NCBI GenBank assembly: GCA_902551445.1
Contig: CACDDB010000001.1
Coordinates: forward strand, 1-62,440
DNA from: an uncultured Pelagibacteraceae bacterium
GTDB lineage: Bacteria; Pseudomonadota; Alphaproteobacteria; Pelagibacterales; Pelagibacteraceae
DNA: 62,440 bases
Direction: 5' to 3'
Below, in pieces: positions 37,474-46,969 of the stretch; positions within the stretch are counted from its first letter, which is position 1; each line of letters starts with the position of its first letter. Below the pieces are notes generated by a model that saw only the letters and a program-made list of their open reading frames with translations, was not told the DNA's origin and did not search any database. Both the position numbers and the translations under genes were made by a program.

Positions 37474-38315
37474 AAACTACTCAGAAAAAAACTAAAGCCC
37501 AATCAATGGGCATGCACACTGAGGTCCTAACTGGAAAAACTCAGCAGAAATTCTTTAATCCTGACGAAGCAGAAAATTTTTTCTATTGGGGAACGCATGA
37601 TGTGGACTTTAATAAAAGAACGGAACTAGATGTTAAAGACATGGATTGTAAAGATGCAAATAGAAAAATAGACTCATTAATGAGTGAGGGTTATGGAACA
37701 ATTGTAATAAAAAATCCACAAGGAAAGCACAGCTTGGGCGTTGGAATATTAAATAAACTTAACCTAATTTTTGAAGGAAGCCTGGGTTATTTTGGTGTTG
37801 GTTCAATAGACGGTCCTATAGTTAGAGTTAATGGACGTGTTGGTTGGTCTTGCGCAGAAAACATGATGGCTGGAAAAGTCGTTATAGAGAAAAATGCTGG
37901 ATCTTGCTTTGGAGCAGCAATAAGAGGTGGAGATTTGATTTGTAAAGGGAGTGTTGGGGCGAGAACAGGTATTGACCAGAAAGGTGGTTCAATAATTGTT
38001 GGAGGAGACGCTGGTGCATTTACAGGTTTTATGATGCAAAGAGGCAGAATTGTTGTATTGGGTGATGTTGGAATTAATTTAGGAGATTCTATGTATGACG
38101 GTACAATATATGTGGGTGGTAAAATTGGTTCATTTGGTAGTGATGCGGTAGAAGCTCCTATGACAAAAAATGACATAGATTGGCTTAATAGAAAACTTAA
38201 AGTAGCAGAAATTGGAGAGAATTTTGATGTATCAAAAATGACTAAAGTTGTAGCTGGCAAAAAACTTTGGAATTACGATGCTTTAGAACCAACAGAGAAA
38301 AAAGGAGCAATATAA
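37461..38315 (+). CDS. mgsB: N-methylglutamate synthase subunit B (GXGXG beta-helix, GlxC-like)
   Basis: AENMMAG, G.VGAR.GI..KGG, GFMMQRG; Gly-rich repeats. Confidence 0.82.
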   Translation: MANLKTTQKKTKAQSMGMHTEVLTGKTQQKFFNPDEAENFFYWGTHDVDFNKRTELDVKDMDCKDANRKIDSLMSEGYGTIVIKNPQGKHSLGVGILNKLNLIFEGSLGYFGVGSIDGPIVRVNGRVGWSCAENMMAGKVVIEKNAGSCFGAAIRGGDLICKGSVGARTGIDQKGGSIIVGGDAGAFTGFMMQRGRIVVLGDVGINLGDSMYDGTIYVGGKIGSFGSDAVEAPMTKNDIDWLNRKLKVAEIGENFDVSKMTKVVAGKKLWNYDALEPTEKKGAI

Positions 38316-39700
38316 TGGCAAAAAAAAATGGTAAAGCTAACGGTAAAGCAAATGGAAAAAGTGATTTTGCAAAAAGAAATAAAAGCTTACTAGGTTATAA
38401 TTCTATTTTTACTCCTGAAGTAATCGATGATATCCATATTAAAGCTCAGCTAGGCAGATATAGAATGCGTGGTATGGCATTAATGAAAAAAATACCAACA
38501 TTTGATGATTTGGTATTTTTACCAGGAACTTTAACAAGATTTGTAATTGAAGGTTATAGAGAAAAATGTGAAACAAAAACTGTAATAGGACCAAGATGTG
38601 AAAACCCTATTGAGTTAGATATCCCTGTTTATATAACAGGTATGAGTTTTGGAGCGCTTTCTTATGAAGCAAAAACTGCTCTAGCAAGAGGAGCAACAAT
38701 GGCTGGAAGCGCAACTTGTTCTGGCGAAGGTGGAATGATACCAGATGAAAGAAGGTATTCAGAAAAATGGTACTATCAATGTATTCAATCTAGGTATGGA
38801 TTTAATCCACACCATGCACAACTTGCCGATGGAATAGAAGTATTTATAGGACAAGGACAAAAAGTTGGTATGGGTGGTCATTTAATGGGTCAAAAAGTTA
38901 CAGACCAAGTTGCTGAGATGAGATCTTTGCCTGCGGGAATTGACCAAAGATCTCCTGCTAGACATCCTGACTGGTTAGGACCAGATGATCTTGCATTAAA
39001 AGTGCAAGAGCTTAGAGAATTAACTAAAAATAAAGTTCCAATTCAATTAAAACTTGGAGCTGCAAAAGTTTATGATGATGTTCGTATGGCAGCAAAATGT
39101 GATCCTGACTCTATTTATCTAGATGGTATGGAAGGTTCAACAGGCGCAGGTCCACATATAGCAGCTGCAAATACTGGAATACCAGGAATAGCCGCAATAA
39201 GAGAAGCTAGAAGAGCTTTGGATGATGTAGGTCAAACTGGAAGAGTTACATTGATTTATGCTGGAGGTGTTAGAGATGGTGCAGATATGGCAAAAGCTTT
39301 AGCGCTAGGTGCAGATGCCATAGCTATTGGAACTGGTGCAATGATTGCACTAAACTGTAATAAAGAAATTCCAGAATCTAATTTTGAAAAAGAAATGGGA
39401 GTTCCTGCTGGTCACTGTTATCACTGTCACACAGGTCGTTGTCCTGTTGGTGTTGCAACTCAAGACCCTAAATTAAGAAAAAGATTAAATCCTGACGAAG
39501 CAGCTATAAGAGTTTATAATTATTTACATACAATGACTTTGGAAGCACAATTGTTAGCTAGGGCATGTGGTAAAACAAACATTCATTCACTAGAGCCAGA
39601 AGATATGGCTGCATTAACTATGGAAGCTTCTGCATTAGCAAAAGTTCCATTGTCAGGAACAAATCACACAGTGGGAGTTGACGATTTCCATAAAATTTAA
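38315..39700 (+). CDS. mgsC: N-methylglutamate synthase subunit C (FMN-binding glutamate synthase-like, GlxD-like)
   Basis: GMSFGALS, SGEGG, ARHPDW.GPDDL, CYHCHTGRCPVG 3Fe-4S motif; ATG 38315 follows AAGGAG. Confidence 0.88.
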   Translation: MAKKNGKANGKANGKSDFAKRNKSLLGYNSIFTPEVIDDIHIKAQLGRYRMRGMALMKKIPTFDDLVFLPGTLTRFVIEGYREKCETKTVIGPRCENPIELDIPVYITGMSFGALSYEAKTALARGATMAGSATCSGEGGMIPDERRYSEKWYYQCIQSRYGFNPHHAQLADGIEVFIGQGQKVGMGGHLMGQKVTDQVAEMRSLPAGIDQRSPARHPDWLGPDDLALKVQELRELTKNKVPIQLKLGAAKVYDDVRMAAKCDPDSIYLDGMEGSTGAGPHIAAANTGIPGIAAIREARRALDDVGQTGRVTLIYAGGVRDGADMAKALALGADAIAIGTGAMIALNCNKEIPESNFEKEMGVPAGHCYHCHTGRCPVGVATQDPKLRKRLNPDEAAIRVYNYLHTMTLEAQLLARACGKTNIHSLEPEDMAALTMEASALAKVPLSGTNHTVGVDDFHKI

Positions 39701-39708
39701 AGGTAAAC

Positions 39709-40119
39709 ATGGTTAAAAAAAAGAAAAATAAAAAGAAAAACGTTAAAGAGGCCAAAGGTCAGCTTGGTAAAAAGAAAGAAACAGCTAGAGAAAAAATGAT
39801 TGGCCAAACTATTGGATATAGATATGACGTAAACTTATTACCTGACTATAAAAAACTTACTCCATTTTTAAAAAAATATATCGAACACATGGGGTGGGAC
39901 GATCTTAATTGGTTAGAAGATGTTCATATGGGTTATGAAGAAGACAGGCCTGCTGTTTTTGATAGAAATGCTAATGGCTGGGTAACTATTCCTAATAAAA
40001 TTAAGTTACCAGATAACCAGCAAGATAGGGACATGATTGCAAGAGAGTTGCTTGTTAAATTTCAAATGTCTCCTAATCATCCATTAGTTGATCTAAAAAA
40101 AGCTTACTTAAAATTCTAA
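39709..40119 (+). CDS. Hypothetical protein in the mgs operon
   Basis: 136-aa ORF with AAGG RBS, 8 bp after mgsC; Lys-rich N-terminus. Confidence 0.75.
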   Translation: MVKKKKNKKKNVKEAKGQLGKKKETAREKMIGQTIGYRYDVNLLPDYKKLTPFLKKYIEHMGWDDLNWLEDVHMGYEEDRPAVFDRNANGWVTIPNKIKLPDNQQDRDMIARELLVKFQMSPNHPLVDLKKAYLKF

Positions 40120-40252
40120 TTAAATATAATTTTATCTACTTATAGTTGATTTATCTGTAAATAATGGTGCTCATAGTAGGTTTTTTACCATTGTACTCTT
40201 CGGTGCATTCATTAGAGTCACACTAATTTGTTTAAACAAATGGAGGTTAGAG

Positions 40253-41653
40253 ATGACTGATCAACTATCAGCTCTGACAACTATATTTACGGAATTTTAC
40301 TACTGGATAACGGTAGTACTCATGTTTTTAATTCACGTGGGATTCTGTATGTATGAAGTTGGAGCTTCAAGATACAAACATCATCAACATACATTAATGA
40401 AGAACACAATGCTTATACCTTTGGTAACAGTAACGTGGTTCTTATTTGGTTGGTGGATTTACTGGGCGTTCCCAACGGGACCAGGATTTGCACCTTCAAT
40501 TATGAACGAAAGTGCTGCACTAATCACAGATGAATCTACATTTAGTGCTAAGTGGTACGTGCCTACAAGCGATATCATGGCAGTAAACTTAGGTGATCAT
40601 ATTAGCGGAGTGTTTTGGGCAGCGTTTTTATTATTCTCATGGACAGCTGCTTCAATTGTTTCAGGTGCTGTAATCGAAAGAATAACTACTTTCGCATTTG
40701 GTATACTAGCAATTGCTATCGGTTCAGTATTCTGGACTATAGATGCAGCGTGGGGATGGCATTTTGATGGATGGATGTTAAAAATACTTGGATATCATGA
40801 TGCTTATGCATCAGGTGTAATTCACGCAGTAGCAGGAGGGTTTGCTCTTGGAATCTTAGCTGTTTTAGGACCTAGAATTGGTAAATTTTCTTCTAGTGGT
40901 GAACCAAGAAACATTGGACCAAGAAATCCTTGGCTAGTAACAGTTGGATTGTTTTTAATTTATACTGGCTTTTGGGGATTTTACGCAGCATGTAATATTC
41001 CTATTTTCAATCTTGGACCAGAGTACGGTATGGAAGGTGTAACTTACTGGACTGCAACAAATATATATGTAACGCCTACGACACTTAGTGGTATTACTTT
41101 TAACTTCTTGATGTCATTATCAGGAGGTTTATTAGCTGGATACTTGATCTCAAAAGGAGATCCATTCTGGACATACTCAAGTGGACTAGCAGGTATAATT
41201 TGTGCGTCAGCTGGTAATGACTTATATCATCCAATACAATCAATGATCATTGCTATGATTGGTGTTGTTGTTGCTTACAAAATGCATTACTGGGTTGAGC
41301 GTAAGTTCAAAATTGATGATGCAGTTGGAGCAGTAGCAGTTCATGGTTATGCAGGAGTAGCTGGACTTATAATTTGTGGTTTCGTTCTTAACGGATACCC
41401 TTCATCTGGATACAGTGTTGGGGCTATGTGGGTTGGAACAGATTATGCTCCAATTAACCCGCTAGGAATGTTCATAGGTGCTATTATAATGTTCGGAGTC
41501 CTTGGATTTATTCCAGGCTGGATCTTAGCTAAAATACTTCATGGAATGGGTAAATTAAGAATTCCAAGAGAAGTTGAAATAGCTGGATTAGACTATGACA
41601 TGTTAGAAGCATCTAAAGATGATGAAAAAGCGGTGTCGTCCGCAACAAGGTAA
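40253..41653 (+). CDS. amt: Divergent Amt-family ammonium/methylammonium transporter
   Basis: SIVSGAVIER, IHAVAG, LGPRIGKF, IDDAVGAVAVHG, E..GLD; GGAGG RBS. Confidence 0.88.
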   Translation: MTDQLSALTTIFTEFYYWITVVLMFLIHVGFCMYEVGASRYKHHQHTLMKNTMLIPLVTVTWFLFGWWIYWAFPTGPGFAPSIMNESAALITDESTFSAKWYVPTSDIMAVNLGDHISGVFWAAFLLFSWTAASIVSGAVIERITTFAFGILAIAIGSVFWTIDAAWGWHFDGWMLKILGYHDAYASGVIHAVAGGFALGILAVLGPRIGKFSSSGEPRNIGPRNPWLVTVGLFLIYTGFWGFYAACNIPIFNLGPEYGMEGVTYWTATNIYVTPTTLSGITFNFLMSLSGGLLAGYLISKGDPFWTYSSGLAGIICASAGNDLYHPIQSMIIAMIGVVVAYKMHYWVERKFKIDDAVGAVAVHGYAGVAGLIICGFVLNGYPSSGYSVGAMWVGTDYAPINPLGMFIGAIIMFGVLGFIPGWILAKILHGMGKLRIPREVEIAGLDYDMLEASKDDEKAVSSATR

Positions 41654-41664
41654 AGGAGGATAAT

Positions 41665-41883
41665 ATGGCAGTAACAAATTGGGTAGATCATTTAAGTGCC
41701 AAAGAAGTTGCAGGCGCAATTTATCCTGGCGTAGGAACTGAAGGAATTTTAGTTCTTATTGGCTTTGTTCTGTGGATTGGTTGGCATGTGCTTCAGGCTA
41801 TGCAAGAGAATGATAAATTGAGTAGTCTTGCAAGAAAAAGGCATGGGCCAAACTCTCACAAAAGCAATGTTACCGACTGGTAA
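41665..41883 (+). CDS. Small single-helix membrane protein co-transcribed with amt
   Basis: AAGGAG RBS; one hydrophobic segment (ILVLIGFVLWIGWHV). Confidence 0.75.
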   Translation: MAVTNWVDHLSAKEVAGAIYPGVGTEGILVLIGFVLWIGWHVLQAMQENDKLSSLARKRHGPNSHKSNVTDW

Positions 41884-41898
41884 ATTGTAAACTTATTT

Positions 41899-41924
41899 TG
41901 AGGGCGTAATAAAATACGCCCTCA
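41899..41924 (+). terminator. Hairpin, probable terminator after the amt operon
   Basis: TGAGGGCGTA-ataaaa-TACGCCCTCA perfect 10-bp stem; no clear T-tract. Confidence 0.6.
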
Positions 41925-41932
41925 TGAGTTAA

Positions 41933-42094
41933 ATGGAAGACAATAATCAAGACACAAACCAAAACAAGATACCAAGTAAAATGGCTAGATTGGCATGGCC
42001 TAAAGCAAAGTATGGCGTGATTCTTGCAGTAATAATAATAATTTTGGTAAATTTAATTTATTATAAAGATTTCTTTTTATCTTTATTTAAATGA
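41933..42094 (+). CDS. Small membrane protein (53 aa; below the ORF-track cutoff)
   Basis: MEDNNQDTNQNKIPSKMARLAWPKAKYGVILAVIIIILVNLIYYKDFFLSLFK*; fills the gap before gmaS. Confidence 0.55.
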   Translation: MEDNNQDTNQNKIPSKMARLAWPKAKYGVILAVIIIILVNLIYYKDFFLSLFK

Positions 42095-42113
42095 AATTAT
42101 GTTATGATTATTT

Positions 42114-43439
42114 ATGTCAAAAAGTCTTGAAAAAATTGCAAAAGCAAAAAAAATAAAATATTTTTTAATTAGTTTCGTTGATCTATTTGGTGTTTTAAGA
42201 TCTAAATTAGTTCCAACTCAAGCAATAGGAGAAATGCAAAAAAATGGCGCAGGTTTTGCAGGTTTTGCTACTTGGTTAGATATGACTCCAGCTGATGCAG
42301 ATATGTTTGCAATACCTGATCCTGACAGTCTAATTCAAATTCCTTGGAATAAAGAGGTTGGTTGGCTTGCATCAGATTTATGGATGAATGGAAAACCTGT
42401 AAAAGCCTCTCCAAGAGTAATGCTTAAAGAACAAATAAAAAAACTATCTAAAAGAAGTCTTGCAATGAAATCTGGCGTAGAATGTGAATATTTTTTAATC
42501 TCTCCAGATGCTTCAGGAATTGCTGATGCTAGAGATATACAATCAAAGCCCTGTTATGACCAATCAGCTTTAATGAGAAGATATGACTTAATTAAAGAAA
42601 TTTGTGATAGCATGTTAACGCTTGGATGGGGCCCATACCAAAATGATCACGAAGATGCAAATGGACAATTTGAAATGAATTGGAATTACGATGATTGTTT
42701 AGTTACAGCAGATAGACATACTTTTTTTAAATTCATGGTAAAAAGTTTAGCAGAAAAGCATGGTTTAAGAGCAACTTTTATGCCGAAACCTTTTGAAAAT
42801 CTTACAGGAAATGGATGTCATGCACATATATCTTTGTGGGGTTCAAATAATAATAAATTTTTAGATAAAGGAGATAGATTTGGTTTAAGTAAAATAGCTT
42901 ATCATTTCGTAGGAGGTATATTAAAAAATGCAGAGTCCTTGGCTGCTTTTTTCAATCCAACCTTAAATAGTTATAGAAGAATTAATGCTCCACCAACAAA
43001 ATCAGGAGCAAGTTGGTCGCCAAGCAGTATTTCTTATACTGGAAATAACAGAACTCATATGATTAGAATTCCTGATCCTGGCAGATTCGAACTTAGATTA
43101 ATGGATGGATCTGCAAACCCATACTTGATTCAGGCTGGCATCATGGCTTCAGGTTTATATGGTATTGAAAATAAGGTAGATCCCGGACAACCTTTGCAGT
43201 GCAATATGTATACTGATTATAAAAATTATCCTGAATTAAAAAGACTTCCAGATGATTTGGAAGATGCTTTGGAAAAACTAGAAGAAAACAAAGTTTTAAA
43301 AGAGGCTTTTGGAGAAGATGTAATAAATAGTTATTTAAAATTAAAAAAACAGGAAATTGATGAATTTAATAAAGATGAAGTCTTTGATAAGAGAAAAGAT
43401 ATTACTGAGTGGGAAAGAAAAAATACTCTAGATTGCTAA
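42114..43439 (+). CDS. gmaS: Gamma-glutamylmethylamide synthetase (GlnT-type)
   Basis: GAGFAGFATW, KSGVECEYF, PCYDQSALMRRY, YQNDHEDANGQFE, GNNRTHMIR. Confidence 0.88.
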   Translation: MSKSLEKIAKAKKIKYFLISFVDLFGVLRSKLVPTQAIGEMQKNGAGFAGFATWLDMTPADADMFAIPDPDSLIQIPWNKEVGWLASDLWMNGKPVKASPRVMLKEQIKKLSKRSLAMKSGVECEYFLISPDASGIADARDIQSKPCYDQSALMRRYDLIKEICDSMLTLGWGPYQNDHEDANGQFEMNWNYDDCLVTADRHTFFKFMVKSLAEKHGLRATFMPKPFENLTGNGCHAHISLWGSNNNKFLDKGDRFGLSKIAYHFVGGILKNAESLAAFFNPTLNSYRRINAPPTKSGASWSPSSISYTGNNRTHMIRIPDPGRFELRLMDGSANPYLIQAGIMASGLYGIENKVDPGQPLQCNMYTDYKNYPELKRLPDDLEDALEKLEENKVLKEAFGEDVINSYLKLKKQEIDEFNKDEVFDKRKDITEWERKNTLDC

Positions 43440-43515
43440 AATTCTACTATTGACTGCGACATAGAAAAATATTGAATCATTTTTCAATTATATTAATAAA
43501 ATGAATTATATTGAG

Positions 43516-43989
43516 ATGAAAATAAAATTTATAACAATTATATTTCTTTTTTTTACTTTAACAAATTCTTCTTACGGTGCAGGCTCTTCTGGAGATAGTG
43601 AACAAGTAAAAACTAGTTACGAGAAAGGCGCATATATAATAAAAAAAGCTAAAAGAAGTGAAAAAAAAGGAAAGACTAAAAAAGCAATTAAGCAATATGA
43701 AAAAGCTCTTAAATATTTAATAAAGTCTAATGAAAAAAAACCTAATCAACCTGATACTTTGAATTACTTAGGTTTTGCATTGAGAAAACTCGGCAAGTTT
43801 GAAGAAGCAGAAAAATTTTATATGCAAGGATTATCTATAGAACCAAATCATAATGGTATAAATGAGTATTTAGGAGAATTATATGTTCAAACAAATCGAA
43901 TTGAATTAGCTAAAGAAAGACTAGAAATTTTAAAAAATTGCAACTGTGAAGAATATTCTGAGCTTAAAGAATTAATTGAAAGCAACTAA
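43516..43989 (+). CDS. Exported tetratricopeptide-repeat protein
   Basis: Signal peptide; NYLGFALRKLG, EYLGELY TPR motifs. Confidence 0.85.
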   Translation: MKIKFITIIFLFFTLTNSSYGAGSSGDSEQVKTSYEKGAYIIKKAKRSEKKGKTKKAIKQYEKALKYLIKSNEKKPNQPDTLNYLGFALRKLGKFEEAEKFYMQGLSIEPNHNGINEYLGELYVQTNRIELAKERLEILKNCNCEEYSELKELIESN

Positions 43990-44376
43990 ATGCATTTCAT
44001 AGAACTTATAGGTAGAATTTTTTTATCTTTTTTATTTTTATTTGAAGGAATAAAAAAAATATTTTTTTTTCAGGAAGAAACACAAATGTATATGGAAGAG
44101 TATGGAATTCCTGAAATTTTATTTTATCCTTCTGCCCTTCTGGAAATTATATTGCCAATTTTCATTATTATTGGTTTTAAAACTCAATTTTGCGCTTCAA
44201 TAATGGTTGTATTTACAATCTCAGTTACAATAATCTTCCATATGGACTTTAATAATCAAATGCAATTGATTACATTTCTAAAAAATATTTCCATTGCTGG
44301 TGGTTTTTTAATTATAGCAGCAAATGAAAATAGATATTTTAGTATTGATAATTTTCTTAAAAATAAAAATAAGTGA
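43990..44376 (+). CDS. DoxX family membrane protein
   Basis: GRIFLS..F...G..K, KNISIAGG. Confidence 0.85.
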   Translation: MHFIELIGRIFLSFLFLFEGIKKIFFFQEETQMYMEEYGIPEILFYPSALLEIILPIFIIIGFKTQFCASIMVVFTISVTIIFHMDFNNQMQLITFLKNISIAGGFLIIAANENRYFSIDNFLKNKNK

Positions 44377-44810
44377 TTAAAAAAGAATTTTATAAAGACT
44401 TTAAGCCTGAGCTATCCCCAAAAAAAATGTTAGAGTTAGGAGTTTTTGGCGGATCATATTTTGGTATAAAAATAAAAGAATACCCAAAATCATGGTTCAA
44501 AAAAGCAAAGTTAAGCAAAAGTTTTGATGTAAGTTTAAACTGTTTTAAAACCGAATCTGGGCTTTCTAGAGATCATTGGATAAAAAAAGGTTGGATTTTT
44601 AAAGAAGATCCACTGGGTTGGTTTCAATGGTATTGTAGATTTTCTATGGGCAGACGAATTACTCATATAGATCAAATTCAAATAAGAAGATGGAAAAACT
44701 TTAAAAGGCATGTAATGGCAATTAAAAAAAATTGTGATGAAGGTGACTTCGCCTGTAGAAAAAGACAACGCCAAGCTATTCTGCAGTGGGCATATAACCC
44801 TTTTATTTAA
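44373..44810 (+). CDS. Conserved hypothetical protein
   Basis: F.P.LSP..ML.LGVFGG.Y, DP.GWFQWYCR, RQRQA.LQWAY; GTG start overlaps doxX. Confidence 0.75.
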   Translation: MIKKEFYKDFKPELSPKKMLELGVFGGSYFGIKIKEYPKSWFKKAKLSKSFDVSLNCFKTESGLSRDHWIKKGWIFKEDPLGWFQWYCRFSMGRRITHIDQIQIRRWKNFKRHVMAIKKNCDEGDFACRKRQRQAILQWAYNPFI

Positions 44811-45230
44811 TTATTCTCCAAAGAAATGATGAATAACTTTTCTGTTATGGTTGGCTAGTCTATGTTCAAATAAATATAAGCCTTGCCAAGTTCCTAATAA
44901 AAGCTTTCCATCTTTTAAACTTAAAGATATTTGATTATTAGTTAAAGCTGACTTAATATGTGCTGGCATATCATCTCTTCCTTCTGAAGAATGTATATAA
45001 AGTTTTTCGTCCATCGGAACTAGTTTATTAAAATAATTTATCAAATCCTTTTGAACATCTGGATCTGCATTTTCTTGAACAATCAATGATGCACTAGTAT
45101 GCTGAATACTTATATTTAATATACCATTTTTTAATTTTGAATCTTTTATCCAGCTAAGTGTTTTATCAGTAAATTCATATAGTTTTTGACCATTTGTTTT
45201 AACTTCAAGTGTGAAAAACTTTTGTATCAT
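44811..45230 (-). CDS. yjbQ: YjbQ / UPF0047 protein
   Basis: HTSASL..QENADPDV, DDMPAHIKS, LGTWQG..L.E. Confidence 0.92.
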   Translation of the reverse strand: MIQKFFTLEVKTNGQKLYEFTDKTLSWIKDSKLKNGILNISIQHTSASLIVQENADPDVQKDLINYFNKLVPMDEKLYIHSSEGRDDMPAHIKSALTNNQISLSLKDGKLLLGTWQGLYLFEHRLANHNRKVIHHFFGE

Positions 45231-45658
45231 TCTATTTTTGTTTTAAAATCTATACCATATTCTGATCTTGGTCCTTTTCTTAAACCAAATGGGCCAGGAA
45301 TGAAAAGGGTTAAAGGCTTTGTGCCAGGTTTTAAATCTACTCTATGAAAATCATTTGCTGATCTGAAACCAATGTAGCCTGGACTTCTCCAGTATCTTCC
45401 GGTTTTTAATGTTTCCCAATAACCCCCACGTAAAATAATTGTCATAAAGGGACACAAATGATTATGCACTCCTTCTCCATGATCATCATCAAGCATTTCA
45501 TGAATAATAATATTAAAAGGAAACCACTTTGGTCTATGTCTAAATAATATGTAGTATCTATTTAACCATGGTTTTGCATATTTAAAATTAGGATGAGAAG
45601 GACCTCTATCTAAAACCGTTTTTTTTCTTCCTAATTTTTCTAATAAACTTAAAAACAT
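45227..45658 (-). CDS. Hypothetical cupin-like protein
   Basis: H...DD....HNH..PF.TIIL.GGYWE ... HRV.L, a two-motif cupin-like pattern. Confidence 0.65.
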   Translation of the reverse strand: MFLSLLEKLGRKKTVLDRGPSHPNFKYAKPWLNRYYILFRHRPKWFPFNIIIHEMLDDDHGEGVHNHLCPFMTIILRGGYWETLKTGRYWRSPGYIGFRSANDFHRVDLKPGTKPLTLFIPGPFGLRKGPRSEYGIDFKTKIE

Positions 45659-45661
45659 TTA

Positions 45662-46969
45662 TTAATTTAACTTAATTATTGAATCATCCTTAGCTATATA
45701 AAGGCTGTTTTTTAAAAATAAAGGTCTAGATATTTTATCATTATCAACTTTTAATATTTTTTTTGTTTTTCCATTTTCAACATCAATAATAAACAATTTT
45801 CCATTGCTGTTGCTCAAATATATAATTTTCTTTCCTACTATAAATCCAATTGGTTTGATTTTTTTTCTTTCTTTATCTTTTAAATCACTAAATACATCTG
45901 TAACCCTTACAATGTTTCCAGTTTTTTTTTCCATAATAACTAACAAACCATTTGTAGAAATTGTGAATATAAGATTTTCCACCACAGTAGGTCTTAAAAT
46001 TGAATTAATATTTTGCTTCCATTTTACGAGCCCTGATTCTAAATCTAAAGAATAAAATTCATCCATATTGTTTGAAAAATAAATTGAATTTGACTCTGAA
46101 ATTATATCAGAAACTTTTAATTTAAAAGCTTCAGCATATATTTTTGAACTCTGTGTAGGTGTTTGCCAGACTAAACTTCCTGTTTTAATGTCTACAGCCG
46201 TTATATCTCCTATGGCATTATTAAAAATAACTAAATTATTTTTTATTATTAATGAAATTTTTTTAATTGATTTTGCAAAAGTATCTTCAGTTTTTACTTC
46301 CCAAAGTTTATTTCCATTTTTTATAGAAATACAATTTAAAGTACTTTCAAAATCTACTGTAAAAAATTTATCATCATAAATTTTAATTTGAGAATTAAAT
46401 GGTGATGAATGAACATTTTTCCATAGAAGTTTTCCATTTATAGGATCTAATGAATAGTAGTTTCCTATACTATCGGTAACTATAAGAGTTTTTTTATTGC
46501 TGGCAAAAAATAATATTGGATTTAACTTCTTTTCTTTTTTTGTATATATGTTTTTTTTCCAAATCAATTTAGAATTATTATCGAATTTTAAAATAGTTCC
46601 TTTATTATCAAAGAAAAACAATCCATTCTCATGAAATATTAAATCTGGTTCTAATTTATTAAAGTTTTTAATTTTAGAGAATTTATATTTAGAAGACTTA
46701 ATTAAATCACCATCAAAATTAATCATTCCATCATTATTGTCTAAATTATTAACATTAGTATTATTTGATAATTTTGAATTTATCTTTAATTTAAAATTTT
46801 TATTTATTTCCTTTATTGAATTTTTTTTATCTTTGGAAAACTTGTAAATTTTTACGTTTTTTTTTTCTTCTATAAGTTTTTTTTCCTTTGTCCAAAAATT
46901 TGATTTTGAATTAAAAGAACAGTTTGAAAGTAATAATAATAATAGACTGAAATATAAGATTCTATTCAC
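45662..46969 (-). CDS. PQQ-like beta-propeller lipoprotein (BamB-like)
   Basis: Lipobox LSNC; repeated G...W motifs (GKLLW, GSLVW, GLVKW); follows a YfgM-like gene. Confidence 0.8.
   Translation of the reverse strand: MNRILYFSLLLLLLSNCSFNSKSNFWTKEKKLIEEKKNVKIYKFSKDKKNSIKEINKNFKLKINSKLSNNTNVNNLDNNDGMINFDGDLIKSSKYKFSKIKNFNKLEPDLIFHENGLFFFDNKGTILKFDNNSKLIWKKNIYTKKEKKLNPILFFASNKKTLIVTDSIGNYYSLDPINGKLLWKNVHSSPFNSQIKIYDDKFFTVDFESTLNCISIKNGNKLWEVKTEDTFAKSIKKISLIIKNNLVIFNNAIGDITAVDIKTGSLVWQTPTQSSKIYAEAFKLKVSDIISESNSIYFSNNMDEFYSLDLESGLVKWKQNINSILRPTVVENLIFTISTNGLLVIMEKKTGNIVRVTDVFSDLKDKERKKIKPIGFIVGKKIIYLSNSNGKLFIIDVENGKTKKILKVDNDKISRPLFLKNSLYIAKDDSIIKLN

Noticed and set aside
37787-38260. 157-aa antisense ORF, and the other short overlapping ORFs in the track
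   Set aside because: These are shadow frames of well-supported genes with no recognisable motifs.
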